Of a stretch of 64,000 nucleotides of DNA, positions 9,055 to 17,941 are shown one piece after another. The notes beneath the pieces are model-generated. The model saw nothing but the letters and a program-made list of their open reading frames with translations. It searched no databases and had not been told where the DNA came from. The stretch is taken from NCBI GenBank assembly GCA_035479795.1, contig DATIII010000004.1, positions 15,668 through 79,667 of the forward strand, read 5' to 3'. Made by a program: the position numbers and the translations under genes. This DNA comes from Candidatus Saccharimonadales bacterium (GTDB taxonomy: Bacteria > Patescibacteriota > Saccharimonadia > UBA4664 > SCTI01). The first letter of the stretch is position 1. Each line of letters starts with the position of its first letter.

Positions 9055-9846
9055 ATGAGCACCTATGTCGCACAACCATACGTGGGCATTACCGGTATCT
9101 CGACTCCCTGGGAGATCGAGGCCATTACTAGCAAATGGTTTGAGGTCTTTGATTGGACGGAGACTGATCGCCGGTTTATGAATGGCATCTTGGTGTCCTC
9201 CAAGTCGCTAAGAGGGGAAGCGCCTAGTGATCCGCAGCAGTATCCCGACCTCGGGAGAGCTCGCCACCTGATGGTTGATGACCCGCGAGTCATGAACACG
9301 GTTCATTTCAACATCAGCGGGCTGACTGAGCGCCCCTCGCGGGTCCTAAAGCTGGGGAGTTACCTCAGCCGGGTGGTCGAGCGGCTGCCGGCAACCGAAG
9401 CCATCCAAATCAACCTGGCGTGGCCCAGTGTGGATCTATTGAAAGGCTTCAGGGAGGATCATTCACAGCTGATAATCCTCCAAATCGGAGCAGCGGCTTA
9501 CGAGGCGCTGGGGCACGACCCAGGGCGACTGGTGGCGGTTCTGGAGCACTACTGCGGAGTGGCTGACTACGTCTTGATTGACCCCAGCGGAGGCACGGGC
9601 CAGCCGTTTAACCTCAGCTTGGCGCTGCGGACCCTCGATGCACTGGCGGGTTCAGATCTGCCGATGTTGTGGGGGATCGCCGGCGGCCTGGGGCCAAACA
9701 GCCTGGGCCGGCTTAAGAAGCTGGTCGAGCTGTATCCCAATCTGAGCTGGGACGCCCAGGGCCGATTGCGCGACGGCGAGGGTCACCTGGGCTGGGCGGA
9801 GACCTTTGCCTACCTGAAGGGGAGCTTGGCCTTGGCTCGGCGCTAG
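9055..9846 (+). CDS. Phosphoribosylanthranilate isomerase-like (TrpF/PRAI family) TIM-barrel protein
   Basis: AAGGGAG Shine-Dalgarno 7 nt upstream of ATG 9055. YVGITGIST N-terminus and YVLIDPSGGTGQPFNLSL...LWGIAGGLGPNSL resemble the TrpF termini. No other trp genes seen. Confidence 0.45.
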   Translation: MSTYVAQPYVGITGISTPWEIEAITSKWFEVFDWTETDRRFMNGILVSSKSLRGEAPSDPQQYPDLGRARHLMVDDPRVMNTVHFNISGLTERPSRVLKLGSYLSRVVERLPATEAIQINLAWPSVDLLKGFREDHSQLIILQIGAAAYEALGHDPGRLVAVLEHYCGVADYVLIDPSGGTGQPFNLSLALRTLDALAGSDLPMLWGIAGGLGPNSLGRLKKLVELYPNLSWDAQGRLRDGEGHLGWAETFAYLKGSLALARR

Positions 9847-9884
9847 AGGTGGAGACAGGGGCTGGATCGCAAGATCCGGCCCCT

Positions 9885-11204
9885 TTAGGCACCGCCCACA
9901 ATATCGAAGTACTTGGTGGAGTAGAAGGGTACTTTATCCTTCATGGGGTTCTTCGACATGGCAACATCGGCTGAGGCCACGATCAGTTCGCCATAACGGT
10001 CGTAGAGCTGGTCGATGGCGTCCTGAACCTGGGATTTCTTGGTGTATTCATCTACGAATAGGGCTGGCTGCTCCTGGCGAATCGGCGCTAGACCGTAGGC
10101 AGTCAGGTCGAAGGCTGTGACAACTTCGCCCGAAGGACTGTGTTCGAACAGCCATTTAGCACGATTATAAAGCTCGTCGGGTCGGTGAGCCGGAGCCGGC
10201 CACTTATGGCGGTCGCGCCAGCGCTGTGAGTAGAAGCTCTCGTCTGGAGACGCGGCCCTGTAACGCAGCCCCAGGGCCAGGCCGCGGGCCTCAAGACCGG
10301 CCATCCTCAGCTTACGGCTGACTTTAAATGAAGCCTTGTGCAGCAGGGCTAGAATTTGCTCAGGATCAGCTGTGCGGTGCTCTAATACATACTGCCGGCC
10401 AGCTGTCCTGGTGGCGTCCTGCCAGGTCTCGGTTTCGTAGCCACGTAGTTTGAAGTACCAGTGGTGACCAAGCACACTGCCAAATACCTGGCGGAATAGC
10501 ACCCAGTAGGGAGCCCTAAGGAAGTCCACCGGGGTGCGGATGCCAGCCATATTCAATCGCACTTGGTTGCGCCGCTTAATGTAGGGCAGATCAGTCAGCC
10601 GCAGGCTGCCGTAGACCTCCCGGAGATTGTCGGCCGAGATCACATCCAGACCGTTTGGCTTATTCAGGCCCGCGGCGACCTTGGCCAGCCAGAGGTTTTG
10701 GCCAATGCCGACATTGACCGTCATATAATCGCCAACTTCCTCGCGCACTCGTTGCTTGATTTCGCGGCCGATGTCTTCGAGAGGTCGACCTTTTAGCAGC
10801 TGGCGCATACCTCGAAAATCAATCACGCCTTCATCGATCGACTTCATAAAGGCAGTGGGCGAGTAATCCTGGAAAATGCCTTTAAGCTTGCGGTGGACGT
10901 GAATGTATTTAGCTGGGTCGCTTTCCACCATCACAAAGCTGGGGTCGATCAGCCGAGCGTCACGCTGGCGGGTGCCAATCACAATGCCTTGGCGCTTGGC
11001 CTCGTAGGAACTGGTGATGCAGATTGAATAGTCGGCCAGGCGCTCGGTGCCAGCCACCTTCACTCGGTTACTAACGCCCACGGGCCGGCCACGTAAGTGC
11101 GGTCGCCACTGCTGCTCGGTCATGGCAAAGGCACCATTGAGGTCGATGTGCATGACCTCCGGCGGCTCGGGGCTGATAGGCACATCGATGCCGTTAAGAG
11201 CCAT
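9885..11204 (-). CDS. Y-family DNA polymerase (DinB/UmuC-like)
   Basis: VMHIDLNGAFAMTE...RPVGVS N-terminal motif and palm/fingers-like region IDEGVIDFRG. Confidence 0.7.
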   Translation of the reverse strand: MALNGIDVPISPEPPEVMHIDLNGAFAMTEQQWRPHLRGRPVGVSNRVKVAGTERLADYSICITSSYEAKRQGIVIGTRQRDARLIDPSFVMVESDPAKYIHVHRKLKGIFQDYSPTAFMKSIDEGVIDFRGMRQLLKGRPLEDIGREIKQRVREEVGDYMTVNVGIGQNLWLAKVAAGLNKPNGLDVISADNLREVYGSLRLTDLPYIKRRNQVRLNMAGIRTPVDFLRAPYWVLFRQVFGSVLGHHWYFKLRGYETETWQDATRTAGRQYVLEHRTADPEQILALLHKASFKVSRKLRMAGLEARGLALGLRYRAASPDESFYSQRWRDRHKWPAPAHRPDELYNRAKWLFEHSPSGEVVTAFDLTAYGLAPIRQEQPALFVDEYTKKSQVQDAIDQLYDRYGELIVASADVAMSKNPMKDKVPFYSTKYFDIVGGA

Positions 11205-11457
11205 AGAACACCTCCACTAAAGTCCATTCAAATGTTTCTGGGTCGAACTCTAGGGTGAAGTCGTTCGAGCCCGATGAAAAGCCACAGACCAGTACGCGTT
11301 TTTGACCGCGTTTGGCGAAGTGGTGCCCACCCATGACATCTATTTTGTAGCGTCTACCTTTCCATTGCATCAGGTAAGGGCGGACATAGACGGACTGCTT
11401 TGACTGTGGGCTAAAGGTGGCCAGCACGCCGACTTTATCGTGTAAGTTTTCGAACAC
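11194..11457 (-). CDS. Small protein overlapping the Y-family polymerase start by 11 nt (possible accessory subunit)
   Basis: 87-aa ORF translationally coupled to the polymerase; no confident family assignment. Confidence 0.4.
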   Translation of the reverse strand: MFENLHDKVGVLATFSPQSKQSVYVRPYLMQWKGRRYKIDVMGGHHFAKRGQKRVLVCGFSSGSNDFTLEFDPETFEWTLVEVFYGS

Positions 11458-11475
11458 GCTGGCCCCCAGAGCTAT

Positions 11476-11916
11476 TTAGACGCGGGCGGCGACTAGTTCG
11501 TCGCTGGCGTTGATTTGGGCTTCTTGCCGTCGCTCGTCTAAGCGTTGTTTGAAGTATTTAATCAAGCCCCAGGATTGCTTGATTACGGCCAGGGCTTCTT
11601 CCTGCAGCTCCCGTGTATCGCCTAGGCCGGCTTCGGTGTAGGCAGCCAACTGCTTTTGGAGGCTTTCGGCGCTGGTGCGAGCTAGGTGTAATGATCCCAG
11701 CTTGCGGCTGTAGCTTAGTGCCTTATGAGACTCGGAAATAAAGTGGGCAATGGCCGCGGATTCGCGGCGTAGATCATTACCTAATGGATATTGTTGCTCT
11801 TCGGGTAGGCTAGATACTAGCCCGTGGACGGCATCTTCCAGCTTTCGGGCAGTTTGGTAAATGCGTAACCCCTCAATGCTCTTCTTTACGTTTTGCTGTG
11901 TTGGTTCGTGTGACAT
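11476..11916 (-). CDS. Four-helix-bundle protein (23S rRNA intervening-sequence protein family)
   Basis: LRIYQTARKLEDAVHGLVSSLPEEQQYPLGNDLRRESAAIAHFISES matches the four-helix-bundle family signature. Confidence 0.55.
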   Translation of the reverse strand: MSHEPTQQNVKKSIEGLRIYQTARKLEDAVHGLVSSLPEEQQYPLGNDLRRESAAIAHFISESHKALSYSRKLGSLHLARTSAESLQKQLAAYTEAGLGDTRELQEEALAVIKQSWGLIKYFKQRLDERRQEAQINASDELVAARV

Positions 11917-12020
11917 GACTCCTCCTGTGCACTTAGAAAATATCCCCTCTAACAGATAAGATACCGAACAAAAACCGAACTGTCAAGTCAAAAAGTAAGA
12001 CCCCGATGGAGCCTTATTCT

Positions 12021-12221
12021 TTAGCGCATAGGGTTAGTGGTTTGCGCTGGTGTTTTGATCGGCGACTGCAAGTCTTGGCTAAGAGCCGAAATTTGATCCT
12101 CGCTTAAGGCCGTGGCCGCTTCGTAACGGTCTTGGTCTGAATCGGAGGATGGATTTTTGCTGTCGGGGCCAATCTCCTCGAAAAAAAGCGGGTAATCTTC
12201 GAGCCTATCAGACTTTCTCAT
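12021..12221 (-). CDS. Small hypothetical protein
   Basis: 66-aa ORF, acidic/Ser-rich; weak evidence. Confidence 0.25.
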   Translation of the reverse strand: MRKSDRLEDYPLFFEEIGPDSKNPSSDSDQDRYEAATALSEDQISALSQDLQSPIKTPAQTTNPMR

Positions 12222-12476
12222 GGGCCTCCCCTGTTACGACATTTTCCGCCACAGTTGTGGCATACGAAGACCAAGATACCGGGGGAGTGGGGGTGTGTCA
12301 AACGGCCAAACCGCCAAAGAATTCGCTTTTAAAACAGTTACGATTTGTAAAATTGCTACTCATTAAATAATGGTCTTGCCGAGCTGTGGAAATGTAGGGT
12401 AAACTTTGGCAACGAATCGGCGTTAAGCCGTTTTTGTACCAGTGGCTTACTAAGAGCCGCATAACAAACAAACGAG

Positions 12477-13208
12477 GTGGTTATGGACTTGGTCCGGATG
12501 AAGTTTGGTGAGCCTGACCACGTCGGGCGGAAGCATCAGTTCTACAAGGTGCCGGGACGGCCAGAGATGGTCGTTCAGCGCCAGTCGGATCTGCCGGATT
12601 CGGCCGAATGGTTCGAAGTGGCCTGCTCCATCTATGAGCTGTGGCAGCAGACGGGTGCGCCTGTTCGGTTCATGCATCGCTATCAGGGCGACGATCTGGA
12701 CTTGGCCTTCGTGGGTCGCGAGATCGAGCGCGTCCGGCCCAAGATTGCCGTGAGCCACAGGCAGGTTCGCACCGAGCGTCGCACCGAGGCAGTGTTGCTC
12801 GACGAGACAGGGGAACTCATGCTCGTTCCGGACATCATCAATGGCCGGGTTGTACAGCTCGACCGGACTCATCGCGCGGAGGTGGGCTGGATGGAGTGGG
12901 TTGATTTCAAGCTCACCGATAGGCCGATCGAACCCGCGGACGACGTTAGGTCTCAGTTGGCGGAGATGGGGCAAATCGCCCATGAAGCCTTCGACGCGCT
13001 CGCTGGTCAGCTCGAGAAGTCCGGCATACAGCTGGGCCGAATGGTGCTGGAGTTTGGGCTGGACGTCGAAACCGGTGACTTGCTGATCGCCACCTCAATG
13101 GACATCGATTCGTTCGTCGGCTACAGCCACGACGGCGAGCTTCACTTGAGGTCACCAGAGTGGCCAAATGCCTTGGTGGCGGCAACAGCGGCGGTTCAAG
13201 CCGCGTAA
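12477..13208 (+). CDS. SAICAR-synthetase-like (PurC family) protein, divergent
   Basis: GIQLGRMVLEFGLDVETGDLLIATSMDIDSFV resembles the PurC L-x-D-x-K-x-EFG...DEISPD region. GC-rich; no other pur genes in the window. Confidence 0.4.
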   Translation: MVMDLVRMKFGEPDHVGRKHQFYKVPGRPEMVVQRQSDLPDSAEWFEVACSIYELWQQTGAPVRFMHRYQGDDLDLAFVGREIERVRPKIAVSHRQVRTERRTEAVLLDETGELMLVPDIINGRVVQLDRTHRAEVGWMEWVDFKLTDRPIEPADDVRSQLAEMGQIAHEAFDALAGQLEKSGIQLGRMVLEFGLDVETGDLLIATSMDIDSFVGYSHDGELHLRSPEWPNALVAATAAVQAA

Positions 13209-13311
13209 CGTCGCAGAGGGTGGTGGTCTGGAGTAATCCGGGCCACCATGAAGCAATTATTAATATGAAGAACCCCGGCAAAGAGGTCCTTCGTCGGGGT
13301 TGTTGGCTGAT

Positions 13312-13896
13312 CTAGGTGGTGCTATCACGGCGTTTGGGGAAGGCTGTGACGACTGGCGGGCCAGGTGGCATCCGCAGCCTGGGATGGAACCTCAGGGTTT
13401 CCAAAACACCGAACTCCAGGGCCATCCGGGGTGTGACTCGTCCTCGGGGAAAGTAGATGGTGTCGTCGGCCTTCAGGTCCGCGCGCACCAGGGCCGGCTT
13501 CCAGCGGCCGGACTCGCGATCCTTGGCCTGGAAAACGCCGTCCTTGATCCGGGCAGCGAGTGCCCAGCGTGGGTTGACCTTGCTGGAATTGGCCTGGCAT
13601 GCCTTACAGGCGGGGAAGACATTGCTGGGCTTGGGGACGGTTTTGGCCGGGTAGTTGTATATGTTCCGCGGCTCATAGAAAAGCTTGAGATCGCCGATCG
13701 GTCGGTAGTTACCACAGGTGTAGCAGCGGCCCTGGCCGAGCACGCGGAGCACCTCATGGACCTCTTCCAGTCTGCGACGGTTTTCATCCCGGATCTCTTC
13801 CTCGAGATCGGCATATGCCACGGCTGCCAATTCATACGCGTTGGTGGCTTCCTTCAGCAGCAGCTCGATCTCTCGTGGGATTTGCAGATCGGTCAT
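13312..13896 (-). CDS. Hypothetical protein with CxxC...CxxC zinc-binding pair
   Basis: CYTCGN and CKAC pairs. Chosen over the antisense ORF 13300..13935, which has Gly/Ala/Leu-rich composition typical of a GC-rich wrong frame. Start could be 13941. Confidence 0.4.
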   Translation of the reverse strand: MTDLQIPREIELLLKEATNAYELAAVAYADLEEEIRDENRRRLEEVHEVLRVLGQGRCYTCGNYRPIGDLKLFYEPRNIYNYPAKTVPKPSNVFPACKACQANSSKVNPRWALAARIKDGVFQAKDRESGRWKPALVRADLKADDTIYFPRGRVTPRMALEFGVLETLRFHPRLRMPPGPPVVTAFPKRRDSTT

Positions 13897-13947
13897 GATC
13901 ACCTCAGTGGAGCTTTCATCAGAACACGGCCATGATACCATTAGCTC

Positions 13948-14109
13948 ATGAATAAGTCAGCCATCTGGGTTGGAGCTGGAGTTGGTGGAGTGGTCGGTGG
14001 CTATATCCCTAGCTTGTGGCATGCTGATTTTCTTTCGCCCGCCAGTATTCTGGGAAGCACTGTGGGTGGCTTGGCTGGAATATGGGTGATTTACAAGCTC
14101 TACAAATAA
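13948..14109 (+). CDS. Small glycine-zipper membrane protein (GlsB/YeaQ/YmgE-like)
   Basis: MNKSAIWVGAGVGGVVGGYIPSLWHADFLSPASILGSTVGGLAGIWVIYKLYK, 53 aa; not in the ORF track because it is under 60 aa. Confidence 0.4.
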   Translation: MNKSAIWVGAGVGGVVGGYIPSLWHADFLSPASILGSTVGGLAGIWVIYKLYK

Positions 14110-14179
14110 GCGCTTATGCTTGCAGTAATCATTTAGAAACTCAATAATCCTCCCATCGTCTACCAAGAAGGACGTTGAA

Positions 14180-14455
14180 ATGGAAATTCCAACTAGCGGC
14201 TGGCCAAAGAAGGCCTACGACGCCATGTTGGCCAAAGACAAGGATGAGTTCGACTATGCCATGACTCGTTACTGCATTTACCGTGGTGAGGCAGAGGCGA
14301 ACCAACTGGTATTCGATCTTTACGATCTGATGCCGGACGACATCAAGCTCTGGTGGCTCGAGGAAGACGCGTCCCTGCCGCCGGTGGAGGAGACGGGCGA
14401 GCGTAACTTCCAGCGCGCGATCATCGAAATGAACGCCGAGAGGAGGCGTAACTGA
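14180..14455 (+). CDS. Hypothetical protein (91 aa), first of three overlapping genes
   Basis: Stop overlaps the next start (TGATG). Confidence 0.45.
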   Translation: MEIPTSGWPKKAYDAMLAKDKDEFDYAMTRYCIYRGEAEANQLVFDLYDLMPDDIKLWWLEEDASLPPVEETGERNFQRAIIEMNAERRRN

Positions 14456-14916
14456 TGGGAAATCTGGGGCAGTTTCCGCAGCTTCAAGATCAAGCGCGGG
14501 CAGAGCAGCCCAATCGGGACCTGGTGAAGGCGCGGCGGGCGTTGTTCGACCGTTTCGACCAGTTCAACCACCGCAGCCCAGTACTGGCCGTAGAGCATCT
14601 AACTGAAGTGGCCGTGGCGCTGGAGGCCACCTTGGAGCTGCTGCCGCATCACCCGGGATTTGCCAGGTACGTCGCGGAGGCCGATCTATATCGGGGCTTC
14701 GATATGCCGCGCGGCTGGGTCAGCGACGACTTGCACTTCTTGGCCATCGTCGAAGCCGGCCATTACCTGTGGTGTATGCACGAAAGTCGGCTTCGTGAGT
14801 TCTTCTTGCACGAGCTGCGTGAGTTGGTGACGATGCCCCAGACCTTCGATGGGGACTTCAAGGACATCGCCGGGGCCATCATGGCCTGGACGGCCGACCC
14901 CGACGAAGACAAATGA
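14455..14916 (+). CDS. Hypothetical protein (153 aa)
   Basis: ATGA overlap with the downstream gene; no recognisable motif. Confidence 0.45.
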   Translation: MGNLGQFPQLQDQARAEQPNRDLVKARRALFDRFDQFNHRSPVLAVEHLTEVAVALEATLELLPHHPGFARYVAEADLYRGFDMPRGWVSDDLHFLAIVEAGHYLWCMHESRLREFFLHELRELVTMPQTFDGDFKDIAGAIMAWTADPDEDK

Positions 14917-15350
14917 CCGACCGATGGGTGGCATATTCGGCCGGTCAGGTGGTGACCTTGATGGTCGAAGTGCCGCTAGAGCAGCCTCGCCGCCAATTGT
15001 GGGAGGTGTTGAGCAGTATCGACCTTTCGGCCATAACGATGGCCATGAGAATCACTGGCGGGGAGTACGAGCAAACTGTGGCTTACTGGATGCTCATCTG
15101 TATCGTCGAGCCCCGGACCAGGCACGGCACCTTTTACGGCCTTCTAATGGACGAAATCGACCACTTGGAAAGTGACCTGCGCCAGGCTGGCCTGGTAATC
15201 CGTCGTTACTCGAAGTTCGGCAACGAGCTGCTCGACGCTGAAGGTCTGGCCGATTACGCTCGGCGCATAGTCTGCTCCGGCGAGCCGGCTGAAAACCAAG
15301 GACAGCAAGAGCTGGAAGAGCGCGCCGACGATGGCGGCCGCGGGGACTAA
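14913..15350 (+). CDS. Hypothetical protein (145 aa)
   Basis: Third gene of the overlapping set; acidic C-terminus. Confidence 0.45.
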   Translation: MTDRWVAYSAGQVVTLMVEVPLEQPRRQLWEVLSSIDLSAITMAMRITGGEYEQTVAYWMLICIVEPRTRHGTFYGLLMDEIDHLESDLRQAGLVIRRYSKFGNELLDAEGLADYARRIVCSGEPAENQGQQELEERADDGGRGD

Positions 15351-15372
15351 CCCTGCGGCCGCCGTTTTGCTT

Positions 15373-16548
15373 TTAAGCCGGCTGGTAGAACATTAGCCCG
15401 AGCTTGATTTGCAGGGCGTCGTCAAACACTCGTGGGTCAAGCCCAATGACTTTCTTGGTCTTATCTAATCTGTAAATTAAGGTGTTGCGGTGGACATGGA
15501 GTTTCTCAGCGGCTTCCGTTAGATTTAGCCCAGCCTGCAGGAATGTCTGAACGGTCTTATATAACTGCTCATCTTTTAACAAAGGATAGAGAATCTGGTG
15601 GGCCAGCTCGGCTTTGCGCTCCTGGGCCACATTGGCCAGGGTCACAAACATGCCGACTTGCTTGATGTGATAAACCCGGCCGGTGCCCCACACCTTGGTG
15701 CCGACCGTCAGGCTGAGCTTGGCTTCCTGAAAGCTCTTGCGCAGGCCACCGAGCTCGGGATAATACTGGCCGACACCGACAGAAACCTTTTTATTTGGGA
15801 ACCGCTTGGCTAGTAAATCGTGCTCATAATGACCCTTTTCAATCATGAAACGCATGGTGTTGCGTAGGGTTAGACCCTCGCCGCCGATGCCTTTGGAGAG
15901 CACGAAGATGTTGTTGCCGATGTAGCAGGCCAGATTGCCAGTGTGATTGTTAAAGCTGGCCTGAATCGCGTTGGTAATCTCGCTGGCGGCTCGAGCTACT
16001 TCCTGCTCCTGTTCGTCCGGTGTGAGCGGGGCGTGTTCGAGCCGAATGTCTTGTTCGAAGCGCTCGATTTCAATCAAGATAATGGCTTGCGGCTGGCGCA
16101 GGTTGATCTGCAGGATGTCGGCCTGACGGTAAGCCTCGGCCGCTTCAATTTTGGTGGAGGTCAGTACTTGTTTGATAAAGTTGGCCCGGATTTTTTCTGA
16201 TGGCTGGACGTGCTCGAGTAGGAAATGTTGGTGGGTAATAACCTCGGCTAGGCCTTGGAGCAGGCTGATGGCTTCGGGGGTGGTATGGGCACCTTCTTCC
16301 ACCACACCAAAGGCACCAACGGTTTGGTTTTCATACACAAACGGGCACCAGGCCACTGAAGCGTCACCCAAGCCAGTGCGAACCACCCGTCCCTCCTGGC
16401 AGGCCCTAAGGGCATCAACCAGGATCTGCCCATTATAGTTGCCTTGGGAAAGCACCAAGCCCTTGGCGTCGGCCACTAGCACACTGCGCTTCAATACGGT
16501 TTTGGCGCGCTCGGTGATTTGACCGGCGACGGCAGGATTTAATCGCAT
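15373..16548 (-). CDS. CdaR/PucR-family transcriptional regulator
   Basis: C-terminal HTH LHVHRNTLIYRLDKTKKVIGLDPRVFDDALQIKLGLMF typical of PucR/CdaR C-terminal domains. Confidence 0.75.
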   Translation of the reverse strand: MRLNPAVAGQITERAKTVLKRSVLVADAKGLVLSQGNYNGQILVDALRACQEGRVVRTGLGDASVAWCPFVYENQTVGAFGVVEEGAHTTPEAISLLQGLAEVITHQHFLLEHVQPSEKIRANFIKQVLTSTKIEAAEAYRQADILQINLRQPQAIILIEIERFEQDIRLEHAPLTPDEQEQEVARAASEITNAIQASFNNHTGNLACYIGNNIFVLSKGIGGEGLTLRNTMRFMIEKGHYEHDLLAKRFPNKKVSVGVGQYYPELGGLRKSFQEAKLSLTVGTKVWGTGRVYHIKQVGMFVTLANVAQERKAELAHQILYPLLKDEQLYKTVQTFLQAGLNLTEAAEKLHVHRNTLIYRLDKTKKVIGLDPRVFDDALQIKLGLMFYQPA

Positions 16549-16552
16549 AGCG

Positions 16553-16637
16553 GCTCCGGGATGCGGGATACGGGATGCAGAATACAGAAATAACTATGAG
16601 CTTCTCCGAATCCTGAATCCTGAATCCTGAATCCTGT
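16553..16637. repeat. Inverted arrays of tandem heptamers (CGGGATR x3-4 ... GAATCCT x4) immediately upstream of the regulator start
   Basis: ccgggatgcgggatacgggatgcagaatacag ... ccgaatcctgaatcctgaatcctgaatcctg. Confidence 0.8.
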
Positions 16638-16639
16638 TC

Positions 16640-17758
16640 TCACGATTGTTCCACAAACTTAGTAAATAGAATGGCTAGTTTTATCTGCACCGCATCATCA
16701 AAGCTACGCGGGTCCAGATTAAGTGTTTCGGCTATGCGGTCCAGTCGATATACCAGGGTGTTGCGGTGAATCCCCAGTTCGTCGGCCGTCTGCGTCAGAC
16801 CCATGTTGTTTTTAAAGAAGCTCTCAAGCGTTTGAATCACGCCGTCGTTTTCGCCCAGCTTCTCGAGCAGCTCGCGGGAAAAGTAGATGTTGCTTTCATC
16901 AATACCAGATAGCAAGGGAGCCACCACACCAAAGTCGTCGATGTGATACACCCGGTCTTTATCCCAGTTTTGCGCGCCCAGCTCGATGGCCGAAATAGCC
17001 TCGGAGTAGCTAGTGCGCAGGCCGTCCACCCCGGGGTGGTAGTTGCCAATACCGACAGTGGTGGGGCTTTTGAGCTCACCTCGGAAGATTTGGTAGATGG
17101 TGTGGATTGATTTTTTGAACCGGTCCAGTGATTCTTCCAGCGAAGTTTCGCCGCCATTTAGGTCCTTTAAAATGCAGAAGGCATTATTGCCAAGGTAGGC
17201 GATAATGTTTGATTTACTCGAGGTGTAATAAGAGTTCAAGCCGCGGCTAATGCCGAATTTGTAGCGCGTGATGCGCATTTCGCGGTCGCCTTCGTCGCGG
17301 GTCTCGCCGGTTAATACCGGATCGTCGACGGTTACTACAATGGCAATGCGCGGCACGCTCAGGTCGATGTCGAACAGCCGAGCCTCGGCGGTGATCAGTC
17401 GATCGTCGGTGGAGTGCCCGGCCAATAGGTCGTATACAAATTTATCCAGCCGTTCTTCCTGGTGGGGGAGCTGCTCAATCAGGATGGTTTGGTGCAGCAG
17501 TAGCTCGGCTATTGATCGAATCAGCGGGGCGATTTCTTCATGATTCGGCATCTGCCGGCTGAGTAAGACATAGCCCGTGGGCTTGGCGCTGTGCTGGACC
17601 ACGATGGCCCATGGATAATTGCTAATATCCAGGCTCTCCTGGACGTTGGGATCGTTTGTGGATAAAACAGTCCCCTCGGTGTCTACCACCGAAAGTGGCT
17701 GATTAACCAGGGCGCCGACCTTATCTTGGATGCGCTCCGCGATATGCTGGTTTAGCAC
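16640..17758 (-). CDS. CdaR/PucR-family transcriptional regulator (paralog)
   Basis: C-terminal HTH LGIHRNTLVYRLDRIAETLNLDPRSFDDAVQIKLAILF. Confidence 0.75.
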   Translation of the reverse strand: MLNQHIAERIQDKVGALVNQPLSVVDTEGTVLSTNDPNVQESLDISNYPWAIVVQHSAKPTGYVLLSRQMPNHEEIAPLIRSIAELLLHQTILIEQLPHQEERLDKFVYDLLAGHSTDDRLITAEARLFDIDLSVPRIAIVVTVDDPVLTGETRDEGDREMRITRYKFGISRGLNSYYTSSKSNIIAYLGNNAFCILKDLNGGETSLEESLDRFKKSIHTIYQIFRGELKSPTTVGIGNYHPGVDGLRTSYSEAISAIELGAQNWDKDRVYHIDDFGVVAPLLSGIDESNIYFSRELLEKLGENDGVIQTLESFFKNNMGLTQTADELGIHRNTLVYRLDRIAETLNLDPRSFDDAVQIKLAILFTKFVEQS

Positions 17759-17941
17759 CGATCCTACCTCCTCACGTAAATCACTTTTGTGATCTTGCCT
17801 AACAAGATTACCTTGCGAACCTTAAGCGTAGCAAGCACAAGCAGGATGCGTTTTTGGATAATTGCAGCATAAGCGCTAAAGGTAATAATGGCCGGGTACG
17901 ATCTCTCGCACCCGGCCATTCACGCCGGCCTGTCACGGCTG

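Noticed and set aside
12450-12983. 177-aa minus-strand ORF antisense to the PurC-like gene, plus several short + strand alternative-frame ORFs (12505..12753, 12641..12904, 12841..13086).
   Set aside because: Pro/Leu/His or Arg/Ser-rich wrong-frame composition in a GC-rich region.
13300-13935. 211-aa + strand ORF antisense to the Zn-ribbon gene.
   Set aside because: Gly/Ala/Leu-rich low-complexity composition; the antisense (minus) frame has diverse composition and Cys pairs.
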